Positions 16,615-26,012 of a DNA stretch of 64,000 bases are shown here, in pieces. How positions within the stretch are numbered: the first letter of the stretch is position 1; each line of letters starts with the position of its first letter. The DNA is from a virus (taxonomy: Duplodnaviria; Caudoviricetes), in the IMG/VR virus record IMGVR_UViG_3300006173_000003, positions 1 through 64,000 of that record. The stretch is one strand, 5' to 3'. The translations under genes were made by a program, and so were the position numbers. The notes under the pieces were generated by a model. That model ran no database searches. It saw nothing but the letters and a program-made list of their open reading frames with translations, and was not told the DNA's origin.

Positions 16615-16836
16615 ATGCCGATAACAGAAGTGGAATGGAGGAAATATTCCGAAAAGCAATATCCTCTTGGGAAGATTTCACAAAAAAGGAAAATTGTTAG
16701 GTGTAGTAAGCCGGATACGGCTTGGTACAAGGATATGATTGGTCAGGTGGTTGACGTTCATTATTTCGTTACATTCGGAGCGTGGACAACGGACGGAAAA
16801 TATATTGATTACTATGATTTATCAAATCCATTGTAA
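16615..16836 (+). CDS. Hypothetical protein (SH3-like beta pattern)
   Basis: 73-aa ORF inside the glycan cluster. Confidence 0.5.
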   Translation: MPITEVEWRKYSEKQYPLGKISQKRKIVRCSKPDTAWYKDMIGQVVDVHYFVTFGAWTTDGKYIDYYDLSNPL

Positions 16837-17379
16837 ATGACACTTCAACAACTAGCGGATAAGTACGGGAGCGACAAAAGTGGAACTAATGGTCACGGGT
16901 ACATACAGTACTATGAAAAACACCTTCCGGCTGAATGCGACTCTCTGCTTGAAATTGGAATACTTAGAGGCGGAAGCATGAGGATGTGGAAGGAGTATCT
17001 GCCAAACACCCGGCTGTATGGCGCTGACCTGTTCATTGAACATCCAGAGCCAAAGATAGAAGGAGTAGAATGGTTTAAAGCTAATCAACTTGATCATGAG
17101 TTCCTTTACCACGTAAGGAACGACGTAAAGCCACAGGTGATTATTGAAGATTGCTCTCATAACTGCCGGGATCAAATCGTGACATTTTTTTCTTTGATAG
17201 GGTCGTGCGAACTATATGTACTCGAAGATGCCCACACGGCAGCGGAAGAGTTTTACAGGCAAGGATTGCCATTCGAAGCAACAATGCTGGGCATGATGAA
17301 GTCCGGAAGCTTCCCGTTCGAATTTGACCTTTATGATGATAAAATTGCGTTCATAAAAAATAAAGTAAAATGCTCTTAA
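16837..17379 (+). CDS. Class I SAM-dependent (sugar O-)methyltransferase
   Basis: KYGSDK..HGY...Y, LLEIGI..GGS.RMW, IIEDCSH, YVLED. Confidence 0.8.
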   Translation: MTLQQLADKYGSDKSGTNGHGYIQYYEKHLPAECDSLLEIGILRGGSMRMWKEYLPNTRLYGADLFIEHPEPKIEGVEWFKANQLDHEFLYHVRNDVKPQVIIEDCSHNCRDQIVTFFSLIGSCELYVLEDAHTAAEEFYRQGLPFEATMLGMMKSGSFPFEFDLYDDKIAFIKNKVKCS

Positions 17380-18002
17380 ACTTCACTGAAATATTAAAAA
17401 AGTATCAAATTAAACCAAAGGCTGTTATTGTTGTAGGCGGACATTGGGGGGAAGAACACAACGACTACTTGTCCAATGGAATTAGCCGGATGGTATACAT
17501 TGAACCATGCGCCAAGGCGTTTGCAGAATTGAAGCGCCGATTTCAGTTTGCCAGTAACGTGAAGTTGTTCAACCTTGCCTGCGGAGATGAAACTGGGCAA
17601 TCGATTATGTACACCGGAGACAATACTGTCAATCATGGGCAGAGCAATAGCTTGCTTAAACCGGCCAAACACAAAGAAATTCACCCAACGGTTTTGTTCA
17701 CAGATGAAGAAACCGTTGATGTTGATCTGCTGGACAACTTGGGATTGGCCAACAAGGGGTATGATTTATTGGTGATGGACGCTCAGGGATATGAAGGGTA
17801 TGTACTACGAGGTGGCAAGGAAACATTGAAACAAATAAACTGGGTCTATTCCGAGATCAATTTTGACAGCGTGTACGAAAATTGCACACAAGCCGAAGAA
17901 TTGGACGCCTTATTGTCTGACTTTGAAAGGGTAGAAACAGGAACAAAGGTCGGCGGCATGTGGTCGGATGCTTTTTATATTCGCAAATCCCTGCTTAAAT
18001 GA
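17370..18002 (+). CDS. FkbM-family methyltransferase
   Basis: VGGHWGEE, IEP, VDLLD, LVMDAQGYEGYVLRG, EIN. Confidence 0.9.
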   Translation: MLLNFTEILKKYQIKPKAVIVVGGHWGEEHNDYLSNGISRMVYIEPCAKAFAELKRRFQFASNVKLFNLACGDETGQSIMYTGDNTVNHGQSNSLLKPAKHKEIHPTVLFTDEETVDVDLLDNLGLANKGYDLLVMDAQGYEGYVLRGGKETLKQINWVYSEINFDSVYENCTQAEELDALLSDFERVETGTKVGGMWSDAFYIRKSLLK

Positions 18003-18841
18003 TACGAGTACCAGACGAATTTAGGCCAGTAGAGAAGCATCGGTATCCCGCCGACAACCTTTGTCCATTTGAAGAGTGGTATGCTCAAAATCATCCTCCA
18101 GATGTTAATGGAAGAGAGTATTTGGGGGTAATGTGGACGGGATATTATAAGAACCATAGCTACGGCAACGATAAGGCGGCTATCGAAAGGCTTCAAGGAT
18201 GGCTCGATTCCCTGTCGACGGATAAAAAGTACTACGCAGTGTGCCAATACGACAATGGCCCGCTGAATGACCTGTCTCATTTGGATGTGAAATTGTTTTG
18301 CATGTCTGGGGGGCCGGAAGGATTTATTCCCATACCGCTTGTTTGCTCTCCCCATCCCTATAAATTCCCAGAAGTTGAAAAGGATATCCTGTGTTCTTTT
18401 ATTGGTAGGTTGACGGACCCGATCAGAAACGAAATAGTAATGTGGGGGAATGGAAGAAAGGATTGTTACGTAACCGCCGCCCCCCATCCACTAGAAGCCT
18501 ATTGTAAAATTCTAGCAAGGTCTAAGTTTGTCTTAGCTCCGCGTGGGTTCGGTCCGTCCTCTTTTCGCGTTTGCGAGGCGTTGCAGTATGGAGCAATGCC
18601 CTTCTTGTTCGGGAATCATGGAGATGTTATATTCGAGACAAAGGTTCTTCTGTTTTTTCAAACCTATTCGGATTGGTATGATCCGGATCATCACCATGAT
18701 CTTGAAAAATATCTGACAGAGAAGCAGAAAGAAATTGACCGAAGCCATATAGGAGCAACATATAGCATGTTTTACACATTTGGGGGCGTCAGATCTTACA
18801 TCATTCACCAATTGACGTATGGAGATACATTGCATTCATGA
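17999..18841 (+). CDS. Exostosin-like glycosyltransferase (GT47)
   Basis: KDILCSFIG, SKFVLAPRGFGPSSFRVCEALQYGAMP. Confidence 0.85.
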   Translation: MIRVPDEFRPVEKHRYPADNLCPFEEWYAQNHPPDVNGREYLGVMWTGYYKNHSYGNDKAAIERLQGWLDSLSTDKKYYAVCQYDNGPLNDLSHLDVKLFCMSGGPEGFIPIPLVCSPHPYKFPEVEKDILCSFIGRLTDPIRNEIVMWGNGRKDCYVTAAPHPLEAYCKILARSKFVLAPRGFGPSSFRVCEALQYGAMPFLFGNHGDVIFETKVLLFFQTYSDWYDPDHHHDLEKYLTEKQKEIDRSHIGATYSMFYTFGGVRSYIIHQLTYGDTLHS

Positions 18842-19412
18842 TAAAAAAAGAGCGGATCGGTTCGATCTACTGCAAAAAGAGATAACTACCCAAGGATTAA
18901 CCGTCCGGTACTGGCCTGCTATAAAAGATCCCCTTAATAGATCGTTTGTAGGGATATCCCAAGCCCATAAGCAGATAGTAAGGTGGGCGGCAACAGAAGG
19001 ACTCCCGGAGGTCTGTATCATGGAGGATGACTGTTATTTCTTCGCACCAGGAGCATGGGATTACTACCTGAGCCAGAAGCCAGAAGACTTTGATCTTTAT
19101 CTGGGAGGGGTATTCCACGGGCTAAATGAGGACAATACAGCAACCGACTACTGTGGGAACACTCTATACATTGTTCATTCCCGATTCTACGCCACGTTTT
19201 TGGATACCAATGAGCTAAACCATCTTGATCGGGCGCTTGCCGGAAAGGGGCGTTATGTAGTCTGTGACCCGATGGTTGTAAGCCAGCATGGAGGCTTTTC
19301 GGACAATAAATTGCGCCACGATAGCTATGAAAGGTACTTGGTAGGCAAAAGATTGTTCGGCGGAGTGAAGTATGACCGCATAAACGTCGATAAATCAATA
19401 AAAAATCCGTAA
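18819..19412 (+). CDS. Glycosyltransferase family 25
   Basis: GISQAHKQI, CIMEDD, FDLYLGG, YIVH. Confidence 0.8.
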   Translation: MEIHCIHDKKRADRFDLLQKEITTQGLTVRYWPAIKDPLNRSFVGISQAHKQIVRWAATEGLPEVCIMEDDCYFFAPGAWDYYLSQKPEDFDLYLGGVFHGLNEDNTATDYCGNTLYIVHSRFYATFLDTNELNHLDRALAGKGRYVVCDPMVVSQHGGFSDNKLRHDSYERYLVGKRLFGGVKYDRINVDKSIKNP

Positions 19413-19426
19413 ATTAATCGGATAAC

Positions 19427-20230
19427 ATGCCCAATACTTTAATTGATCCAATTTTAAATGATGTGGTTTATAGCCTCCTTTACGGTGCATCATATGAAGA
19501 AAAAAGAGGTTTAAAGGGGAAATATCTTCGGGCAGCGATGAGCGGAGAGAAAGCTAAACGCTTTTGCGCTAACAGTACCAGAGAAGAAAAGGAGTATCTT
19601 TTAGCTCACTTTGGGATCAGGTTTTTCTATGTGTTTTCCAAAAATGGAGTTGGATTTGCAAAAATAAAGGGACTCTTAGCCCAATTTGATAATGGTAAAA
19701 GGGTTGCTGCACTAAAGGATATTGCCGAACAGGGTATTTTCGTAACATCAGATAAAGAGGTTGTTCGGGGGCTGGGGATTATGGCGCAGTCTATTCATCA
19801 TCATTCCTATTTCCTAAACCTAGAATTCGTCCGGCAGGGATACCACATACAGAAATGGAAGAAGCATAGTACTAATAATCAGGACATTGCTGCTAGGGAA
19901 GCGGACGAAAGTGCTAAATTAGTGGCCAGTACGTTATTAAGCGGCTGTATTACTATGGATTACGTCGAGGGACTGTCTGGTATCTCGCCTACGGCAATGA
20001 AGATATTGCTGCATCTTTATTCGTTAAGCCATACTTATGTCCCCGATCAGGTATTGTATGACAGATTTGCCGGAGCCTTCAATAAAACAAAGTATCGGTA
20101 CGCTATAAAAGCCTTATTGAAGGAAGACCTGATTATCCAACATGGCCCGAAGCTTAAGAGAGAGATTACTATCACTTCCGCAGGCGTGAAACACGTCAAT
20201 AATTTCATGGATTCTGCTATGAAAATTTGA
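19427..20230 (+). CDS. Probable transcription regulator with a C-terminal MarR-like winged helix
   Basis: GISPTAMKILLHLY...IKALLKEDLI...ITITSAG. Confidence 0.55.
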   Translation: MPNTLIDPILNDVVYSLLYGASYEEKRGLKGKYLRAAMSGEKAKRFCANSTREEKEYLLAHFGIRFFYVFSKNGVGFAKIKGLLAQFDNGKRVAALKDIAEQGIFVTSDKEVVRGLGIMAQSIHHHSYFLNLEFVRQGYHIQKWKKHSTNNQDIAAREADESAKLVASTLLSGCITMDYVEGLSGISPTAMKILLHLYSLSHTYVPDQVLYDRFAGAFNKTKYRYAIKALLKEDLIIQHGPKLKREITITSAGVKHVNNFMDSAMKI

Positions 20231-20273
20231 TATTTGTGATTCATGGAACGTATCGTGGAACAAAATGTAAGTT

Positions 20274-20450
20274 ATGCCAGCAAGATTCTTCAAAAAACCT
20301 CCAAAAACAACCTGCTCTAAATGCGGGAATCCGATTGATCGAAATGGCAGATATTGTAAATCCTGTCATAAAGAGTATATGCGAGCCCAAAGAAGGAAAC
20401 AGCGGGCAGAACTGGAAGAATTGAGAAATTTTAAAATGACACATGTATGA
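20274..20450 (+). CDS. Small double-CxxC Zn-ribbon protein (58 aa, not in the ORF track)
   Basis: MPARFFKKPPKTTCSKCGNPIDRNGRYCKSCHKEYMR...; ATGA overlap with 20447. The listed 20227-20424 ORF is a different frame. Confidence 0.65.
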   Translation: MPARFFKKPPKTTCSKCGNPIDRNGRYCKSCHKEYMRAQRRKQRAELEELRNFKMTHV

Positions 20451-21064
20451 GTCTGTTGGAATTTATCATAACGTTTATTGGATTGTGCCTTATATCTTCA
20501 TTTGCTATTTACGGATTCTACACTGTCAGTCGCGGAGAATGGCAACTGACGCCAGACGGAAAATATAAGAAAACAGGGATGATTTTCAAATATTGGAGCT
20601 TATTTTGGGAACAATATAGAAGGAGTCGAACTATAATTTATAGTGGCGATTCGTTGGAAAAAAAATATATTCTTTTGTGTAAGACGTATCCAGGAATCTC
20701 TGAAAATTTGAGACTAACTACGGGAGGGCTTCGCAATGTTAACAAACTGATTACTGGAGCACAGGTTAAATTAATTGAAGATTTATTACTTTGTAAAAGT
20801 CAATGGGACGAGGATGTTCTGATTTTAACCACTGAGGTTCCGGTTTATGACTGGCCTGAATGGCTTCAAAAACCTATATCGTCCTGCCCCCCCTGTATGA
20901 CATCGGTTTACGGAACACCTATCTGGCTTCTGTTTCTGAAACTCCAAAAAGACGCCTTTTCTTGGACAAACTACCCAATTACCGGGGAAATATCGTTTGG
21001 ATTGATTTTTTTATTAACTTTAGTGTGCATTGTGTCTTTTTTGCATAAACAGTTAAAATTCTGA
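20447..21064 (+). CDS. Membrane protein with CxxC (DUF1360-like)
   Basis: About three hydrophobic segments; WLQKPISSCPPCMTSVYG. Confidence 0.6.
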   Translation: MSLLEFIITFIGLCLISSFAIYGFYTVSRGEWQLTPDGKYKKTGMIFKYWSLFWEQYRRSRTIIYSGDSLEKKYILLCKTYPGISENLRLTTGGLRNVNKLITGAQVKLIEDLLLCKSQWDEDVLILTTEVPVYDWPEWLQKPISSCPPCMTSVYGTPIWLLFLKLQKDAFSWTNYPITGEISFGLIFLLTLVCIVSFLHKQLKF

Positions 21065-21069
21065 ATGGT

Positions 21070-21249
21070 ATGTCAACACCTTGTATCCCTTGCGGACAAA
21101 GCGCCGCCAACATGCAGGCCCCGCCACGTCAACAGCCGCAACCACCACAGCAGGCCCCGGCCCAAAGCGTAATCGCACCCAACAACGTCACTACAGTAGC
21201 CAATCCAAGGATGGCAAGGCCCCGTCACTTTTACAATGGAACGAAGTAA
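21070..21249 (+). CDS. Small CxxC, Pro/Gln-rich protein (59 aa, not in the ORF track)
   Basis: MSTPCIPCGQSAANMQAPPRQQPQPPQQAP...; fills the gap exactly. Confidence 0.6.
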   Translation: MSTPCIPCGQSAANMQAPPRQQPQPPQQAPAQSVIAPNNVTTVANPRMARPRHFYNGTK

Positions 21250-21924
21250 TTGGGCCAGCCAATCGACATAGTAGCTCAAAGGGCAATGGACTTGCACCTG
21301 GGAAATTTCAGATCGAACAGTGATTTTTTTGATCTGAGTGATTATGCCTACTATGTAGGCGCGGAAGTAGCCGATCTTTTCCGTCAGGAGTACATGCAAA
21401 AATACGGAGAGCTTCGGCAGGAAAAGAGCGATTCAATGGTAGAGTTCGATCCGACATGGTTAAACGAAAAAGAGTTGGATGTGGAGATAAAAGACGGTCG
21501 ATACTTTGCCAAACTGGATTTCGGTTTCATGAATTTTCCATATGATGCGCAGTCTACCGGCATACAGTCAGTAATTTCCATTACACCGAACTACGGGAAG
21601 GAATTGCAGCGCGTGACGCTCAATCAGGTTTGGCAACTACAATACATCCCAGCGACCAATGAAATATTTTTTCAGCCAGAGAAAACAAGGCTGAATATTT
21701 TCAAGTACGGAACGGCCAACACCAACAAGATAAAAGTTTTTTACATCCCGGCCATCAGTGAAGATATGGAAGTGCCAGATGGTCTTGTCGAGTTGGCAAT
21801 AACGAACACCATCAGTAAGATGAAGGGACTGCTGCAAGGAAATGTGGTGAAGAAGTCCATAGACGGCAACATCAACCGGGTCATGGAAACTGAAATTGAT
21901 AAAGATCAACTCAAACAACATTGA
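21250..21924 (+). CDS. Putative head-tail connector / ring protein
   Basis: 224 aa, TTG start, first gene of the tail/ejection block. Confidence 0.5.
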   Translation: MGQPIDIVAQRAMDLHLGNFRSNSDFFDLSDYAYYVGAEVADLFRQEYMQKYGELRQEKSDSMVEFDPTWLNEKELDVEIKDGRYFAKLDFGFMNFPYDAQSTGIQSVISITPNYGKELQRVTLNQVWQLQYIPATNEIFFQPEKTRLNIFKYGTANTNKIKVFYIPAISEDMEVPDGLVELAITNTISKMKGLLQGNVVKKSIDGNINRVMETEIDKDQLKQH

Positions 21925-23060
21925 TCGATACTGAATCCATAGCGAAGAATATAACTCTAGCCGATGGGCTGAATGAATATCTGGCCCTGCGTCAAATAGA
22001 CAAGCGGAAGTACTATCCGATGTACTTAATCTCTGCTAAGCAGACATGGAAGGAAATGTTCGAGGGGACTATTTATGTGATGACCTCTGTGTGGAAGACA
22101 GTAAAGGCCGGAGATCCGTATCCATATGTTGACGTTCCCAGGGATGCGCAGCGGATTTTTTCAGTAGGTATAGAAGATCATTGTGGCGATATAAAGACGC
22201 TGTACTATAACAATAGGATGAATATCATCCCTAAACCTACTGAAAAAAAATGCGGGTGTACTGATTGTGATTGTGGCGGGATGTGTGAAGAAGTCAATTC
22301 CACCATTCTAACTACGAAAGTCCTGTTCAATATTTCGGGGGTAGATTACGTGGAAAAAACGTACCTAAAATATTGTTCGAATGGGGATATGATCGAATAT
22401 AAGGAAACGCCTGTCAAAAAGTACAACGACTTTAAAGGGGATGGGGGGGATTTTAATAATGACTACGGGTCGGACTACTCTGGAGGAAGCTCTGCTTTCC
22501 CTAACTTCACTATCGTTACTAACACGACGCAAAGAAAGATTTGCAGCCTTCAAACGAAACCATGTGGATGCCCAGTTGACTCGTCGGAGAACGAACACAT
22601 TCTTTTGGAATCCTGCGGATGCTTTCTTCCCTTCTTTGGTCGTCATAGAAAACAACATTGCGATAAGTTTCTTGCAGACACAAACACTTCGGAATACGGC
22701 TCAGTAAAAATAAGTGAATGTGGGAGTAAGATTTATTTCCAGCCGGGACACAAAAACCACCACCACCACCATAGAGACCATAAAAGGATTCCAGATTTCC
22801 TTTTGGTCATATATCAGACAGGCGGGGAGCCAAAGAACATTACGGAACAGGTGATGATTCCAGACGTGGCCGCATATAAGAATTGCTTATGGACCGGAAT
22901 TGACTGGCAATCAAAACGGTTTAACAATAAATATCCGGCCAACGAAAAGCAGTTGGCCAAGTATCAATATAACGATGCGTCAAACGGTTTAGTAGGATAC
23001 CTTAACCCGTTAAACATGGCAGACCTTGCAGATATGCAGGATTTGCCCCATAAATGGTGA
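21921..23060 (+). CDS. Putative tail ring protein with Cys- and His-rich insertions
   Basis: 379 aa; CGCTDCDC, CGC repeats, HKNHHHHHRDH; position in the tail block. Confidence 0.5.
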   Translation: MIDTESIAKNITLADGLNEYLALRQIDKRKYYPMYLISAKQTWKEMFEGTIYVMTSVWKTVKAGDPYPYVDVPRDAQRIFSVGIEDHCGDIKTLYYNNRMNIIPKPTEKKCGCTDCDCGGMCEEVNSTILTTKVLFNISGVDYVEKTYLKYCSNGDMIEYKETPVKKYNDFKGDGGDFNNDYGSDYSGGSSAFPNFTIVTNTTQRKICSLQTKPCGCPVDSSENEHILLESCGCFLPFFGRHRKQHCDKFLADTNTSEYGSVKISECGSKIYFQPGHKNHHHHHRDHKRIPDFLLVIYQTGGEPKNITEQVMIPDVAAYKNCLWTGIDWQSKRFNNKYPANEKQLAKYQYNDASNGLVGYLNPLNMADLADMQDLPHKW

Positions 23061-23647
23061 TTATGGAAAACAAAACGTGGGATGAACAGATGATAGAGCA
23101 AGCAAGGGAAGATATATCCCTTTTTGGAAATCGTATGCTCAGCATCCCCGCCATTCCATCCAAAACAATGGATGAACAAATCGACGAATTGGAGGCTCTG
23201 GTTATTAAAGAAGGAAATCTCGTTGATTGTCCATTGAGGCACGTATTTACCCCCGGCCTGTACACTCGAACCATTCTCATGGAAGAGGGAGCACTGGTCA
23301 CTAGCATGGTTCACAAAGAAGAGCATCAATACATCATCTCAAAAGGTACGGCCCTCGTGAAAATAGGTGATGGGGAGTGGCAGTCATTGTCAGCGCCATA
23401 TGTGGGCGTAACACAAGCGGGGACACGTCGTGTTTTGTATATCGAAAGCACCTGCATTTGGACTAGCATCCATCGTACTGACATACAGCCGATAAATGAC
23501 TCGAAAGAAGCATTTGACTTGGCGGTTGATGCAGTGGAGGAAGAAATATATATCAAGAGAGAAAATCCCCTATTGGGCGGGTTTTTAAAAGGGAATAAAA
23601 TAATTAAAACTATTGAAAAATGGCCGGATGGGCAAGCGCAGCAATAG
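23054..23647 (+). CDS. Cupin-fold protein
   Basis: RHVFTPGLYTR...VTSMVHKEEH...GTRR metal-binding cupin pattern. Confidence 0.7.
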   Translation: MVIMENKTWDEQMIEQAREDISLFGNRMLSIPAIPSKTMDEQIDELEALVIKEGNLVDCPLRHVFTPGLYTRTILMEEGALVTSMVHKEEHQYIISKGTALVKIGDGEWQSLSAPYVGVTQAGTRRVLYIESTCIWTSIHRTDIQPINDSKEAFDLAVDAVEEEIYIKRENPLLGGFLKGNKIIKTIEKWPDGQAQQ

Positions 23648-24336
23648 GGCTGGGAACATTTGCTTACGGGCTTTACAACAAAGGTAAGGCTAATAAAAAA
23701 GCAGCCGAGCTTCAGGCAAGTCGCCCAAAGCTACAGGATTCCCAGTATCTAAAAGATCAGTTATCATTAGCTGAAAGCAACCTAAGCACGGGGATGTCCG
23801 CAGAGTCCAAAAATGCCTATGAAACAGATTTGGATAAAAGTCTTTCTACGTCGCTTTCGACAGTTTTGAAGGGTGGGGGTAGCGTCAATAATATAAGCGA
23901 ACTTCTTTCTTCGGACCAGCAGGGGCGTCAACGGTTGGCAATGATGAAAGATAATCTTCGGTTGGCAAACATAGATCGATTGACAAGAGCACAAGACGCA
24001 GAAGAACAATTCAGGCAAGAACAATTCCAGGTGAACAGCGATGCTCCTTGGAAGGATGCCGCGCAAGCTAATGCGCAGGCTAAGCAAAGCGCAGAAAATA
24101 CGATGTGGAGCGGAATTGGCATGGCCGGTTCTGGGGTGTTAAAAGGATTAGAGGGGGCCAGGTCGGCAGCCTCTTATGCCAGCGCACTGAATCCCGGTGC
24201 AAGCAATCCAAATAACGTTTCCACTGCCTCGACTGCCGGAGGGTATTCTAATCCTGCCGGTCAGTATTCGACACTTAATCCTAACACAAGCGGTCCGTCA
24301 CTGGTTGACACCCTCTTGGAAAATCCAAACGGGTAA
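23620..24336 (+). CDS. Putative small ejection (core) protein
   Basis: Gly/Ala-rich N-terminus AGWASAAIGLG, Q/A-rich coiled coil, first of three genes of increasing size. Confidence 0.6.
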   Translation: MAGWASAAIGLGTFAYGLYNKGKANKKAAELQASRPKLQDSQYLKDQLSLAESNLSTGMSAESKNAYETDLDKSLSTSLSTVLKGGGSVNNISELLSSDQQGRQRLAMMKDNLRLANIDRLTRAQDAEEQFRQEQFQVNSDAPWKDAAQANAQAKQSAENTMWSGIGMAGSGVLKGLEGARSAASYASALNPGASNPNNVSTASTAGGYSNPAGQYSTLNPNTSGPSLVDTLLENPNG

Positions 24337-26012
24337 TGGCAGGAAGCTCCATAGTAAACTATACTGGGAATGCCGGTCTTGGTGTTGGTTCAAATCCAAG
24401 CATACCAGCATCAACCCCTAACGATAATCTAAAGATAATCGCAGACACCTCTCGCGATATCATGCTACTTGACTCTGAGCGAAACATGAAATTGTTCCAA
24501 CAGAAGATTCAAGAAAGGAATCAGCTAACAAATCTCATTCTTCAAAACCAAGTATCAACAAAAGATATCAGTGACGAGTATCTTCCAAAATTTCTTGATG
24601 TAAAAAAAGATGTAGAGAAAGCCTACAATGAATGGGGCGGAAATCCTAATGATATCAAAGGGTTCAAAAAATATCAAGATACAGTCACTCACCTACAAGA
24701 CTATGCGGCTCACGCTCAGACCAACACGGCCCAAATACAAAAACTCAAACAGGAACGCGCTGCCGAAACACTTCCGTGGAAACAAAAGGCTCTTGATAAG
24801 TGGATCGATGAACAGCAGAGTAAAACAAAGAAAGATCCTTGGGCCTTAGTTGATCCGTATCAGAATCTTTTTAGTTTTAGTATTGATCCTATTTTAAAGT
24901 TGTACAAAACAGGGACGGGGACTTCTTATTCTCCCGATGGTCTTTTTAAATACGAAGACACCTATGGTGATTTTGTTGCTACATTGAAAAGCGCACAGAA
25001 TGAATATTTAAACCACGGGGAGCCCTCAGAAGATATGCGCCAGTTTTTGGGTCAAGTAGACGCATATGACCCACTTCAAAAAAGACAATTCATCCAGTCC
25101 ATAAATGGTCAGCTAGAGAAGTACAACCAGGAGAGAAGGCTTCAGCCGGGACAAGCCGAATATGCTGATCCTATTGATCTTGTTACCGGACCGGATGGGC
25201 AATATCACATAAAGGCTGACCCGGCGACATTCGCTGCCAAATACGCGCTTGCTAATCAAGAGAAATACACCACTAGGACGCCTGTATTCAACAAAGATTT
25301 GGCTGCATATGGATTGAATAAAGAAAAGTTGGCTCTGCAAGGAAAGAAACTTGGAATAGAGGCATCTAAGGCGGGGGCGTATGTTCGCAACCTGAATGCT
25401 AAGACTGAAAAATTCCTTCGTGAAAACAAGGATCAATCTACGCAGATTGAGCACCAATATCAAGATTTCATTGACAATATCAAGCCGCGTGGTATTGCCG
25501 AAACAGACAAGAAGACCAAGCAGCAGACGGGTACACTTGACGCTATATTCGTGGATAATTTACCCGCAAGTTATCAATACATCAGCGGCCCTATAGTGGC
25601 TATGAGAAATACAATGGACAAATCCGGAAAAATAACAAGCAGTACTCCGACCGGAAAGGTCACAGTCGGTAAGTTGGAACCATTTAAGGCAAAAGACGGA
25701 AGACAGTATTATATCCCCCGATATGTCAACCCGCAGACAGGAGACAGGGTTTCTTTGGATTCCGATATGCTTAAATCAAATTACAAAGAAAGCCGAAAGG
25801 CTGGATTTTCTGGATCATATGATGATTATGTTCGTACCTTGTTAAAAAAAGGAGGGCTGGAAATGGTGCTACAAGGGGCTAACGGTACAGCAAATTATAC
25901 ATCCATGTATCAATCTGCCAAGGCCCTCAACAACGAAGGCTCTAAGAAAGGACAGGAAAATATTGAAAACCCTCCGCAAGACGCAGATTCGGACGTAAAT
26001 ATAGAACAGTAA
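24336..26012 (+). CDS. Putative ejection (core) protein
   Basis: 558 aa, helical, between the small and giant ejection-like genes. Confidence 0.55.
   Translation: MAGSSIVNYTGNAGLGVGSNPSIPASTPNDNLKIIADTSRDIMLLDSERNMKLFQQKIQERNQLTNLILQNQVSTKDISDEYLPKFLDVKKDVEKAYNEWGGNPNDIKGFKKYQDTVTHLQDYAAHAQTNTAQIQKLKQERAAETLPWKQKALDKWIDEQQSKTKKDPWALVDPYQNLFSFSIDPILKLYKTGTGTSYSPDGLFKYEDTYGDFVATLKSAQNEYLNHGEPSEDMRQFLGQVDAYDPLQKRQFIQSINGQLEKYNQERRLQPGQAEYADPIDLVTGPDGQYHIKADPATFAAKYALANQEKYTTRTPVFNKDLAAYGLNKEKLALQGKKLGIEASKAGAYVRNLNAKTEKFLRENKDQSTQIEHQYQDFIDNIKPRGIAETDKKTKQQTGTLDAIFVDNLPASYQYISGPIVAMRNTMDKSGKITSSTPTGKVTVGKLEPFKAKDGRQYYIPRYVNPQTGDRVSLDSDMLKSNYKESRKAGFSGSYDDYVRTLLKKGGLEMVLQGANGTANYTSMYQSAKALNNEGSKKGQENIENPPQDADSDVNIEQ

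Noticed and set aside
20227-20424. Listed 65-aa ORF
   Set aside because: The 20274-20450 frame has an ATG, two CxxC motifs and an ATGA overlap, so it is the better gene
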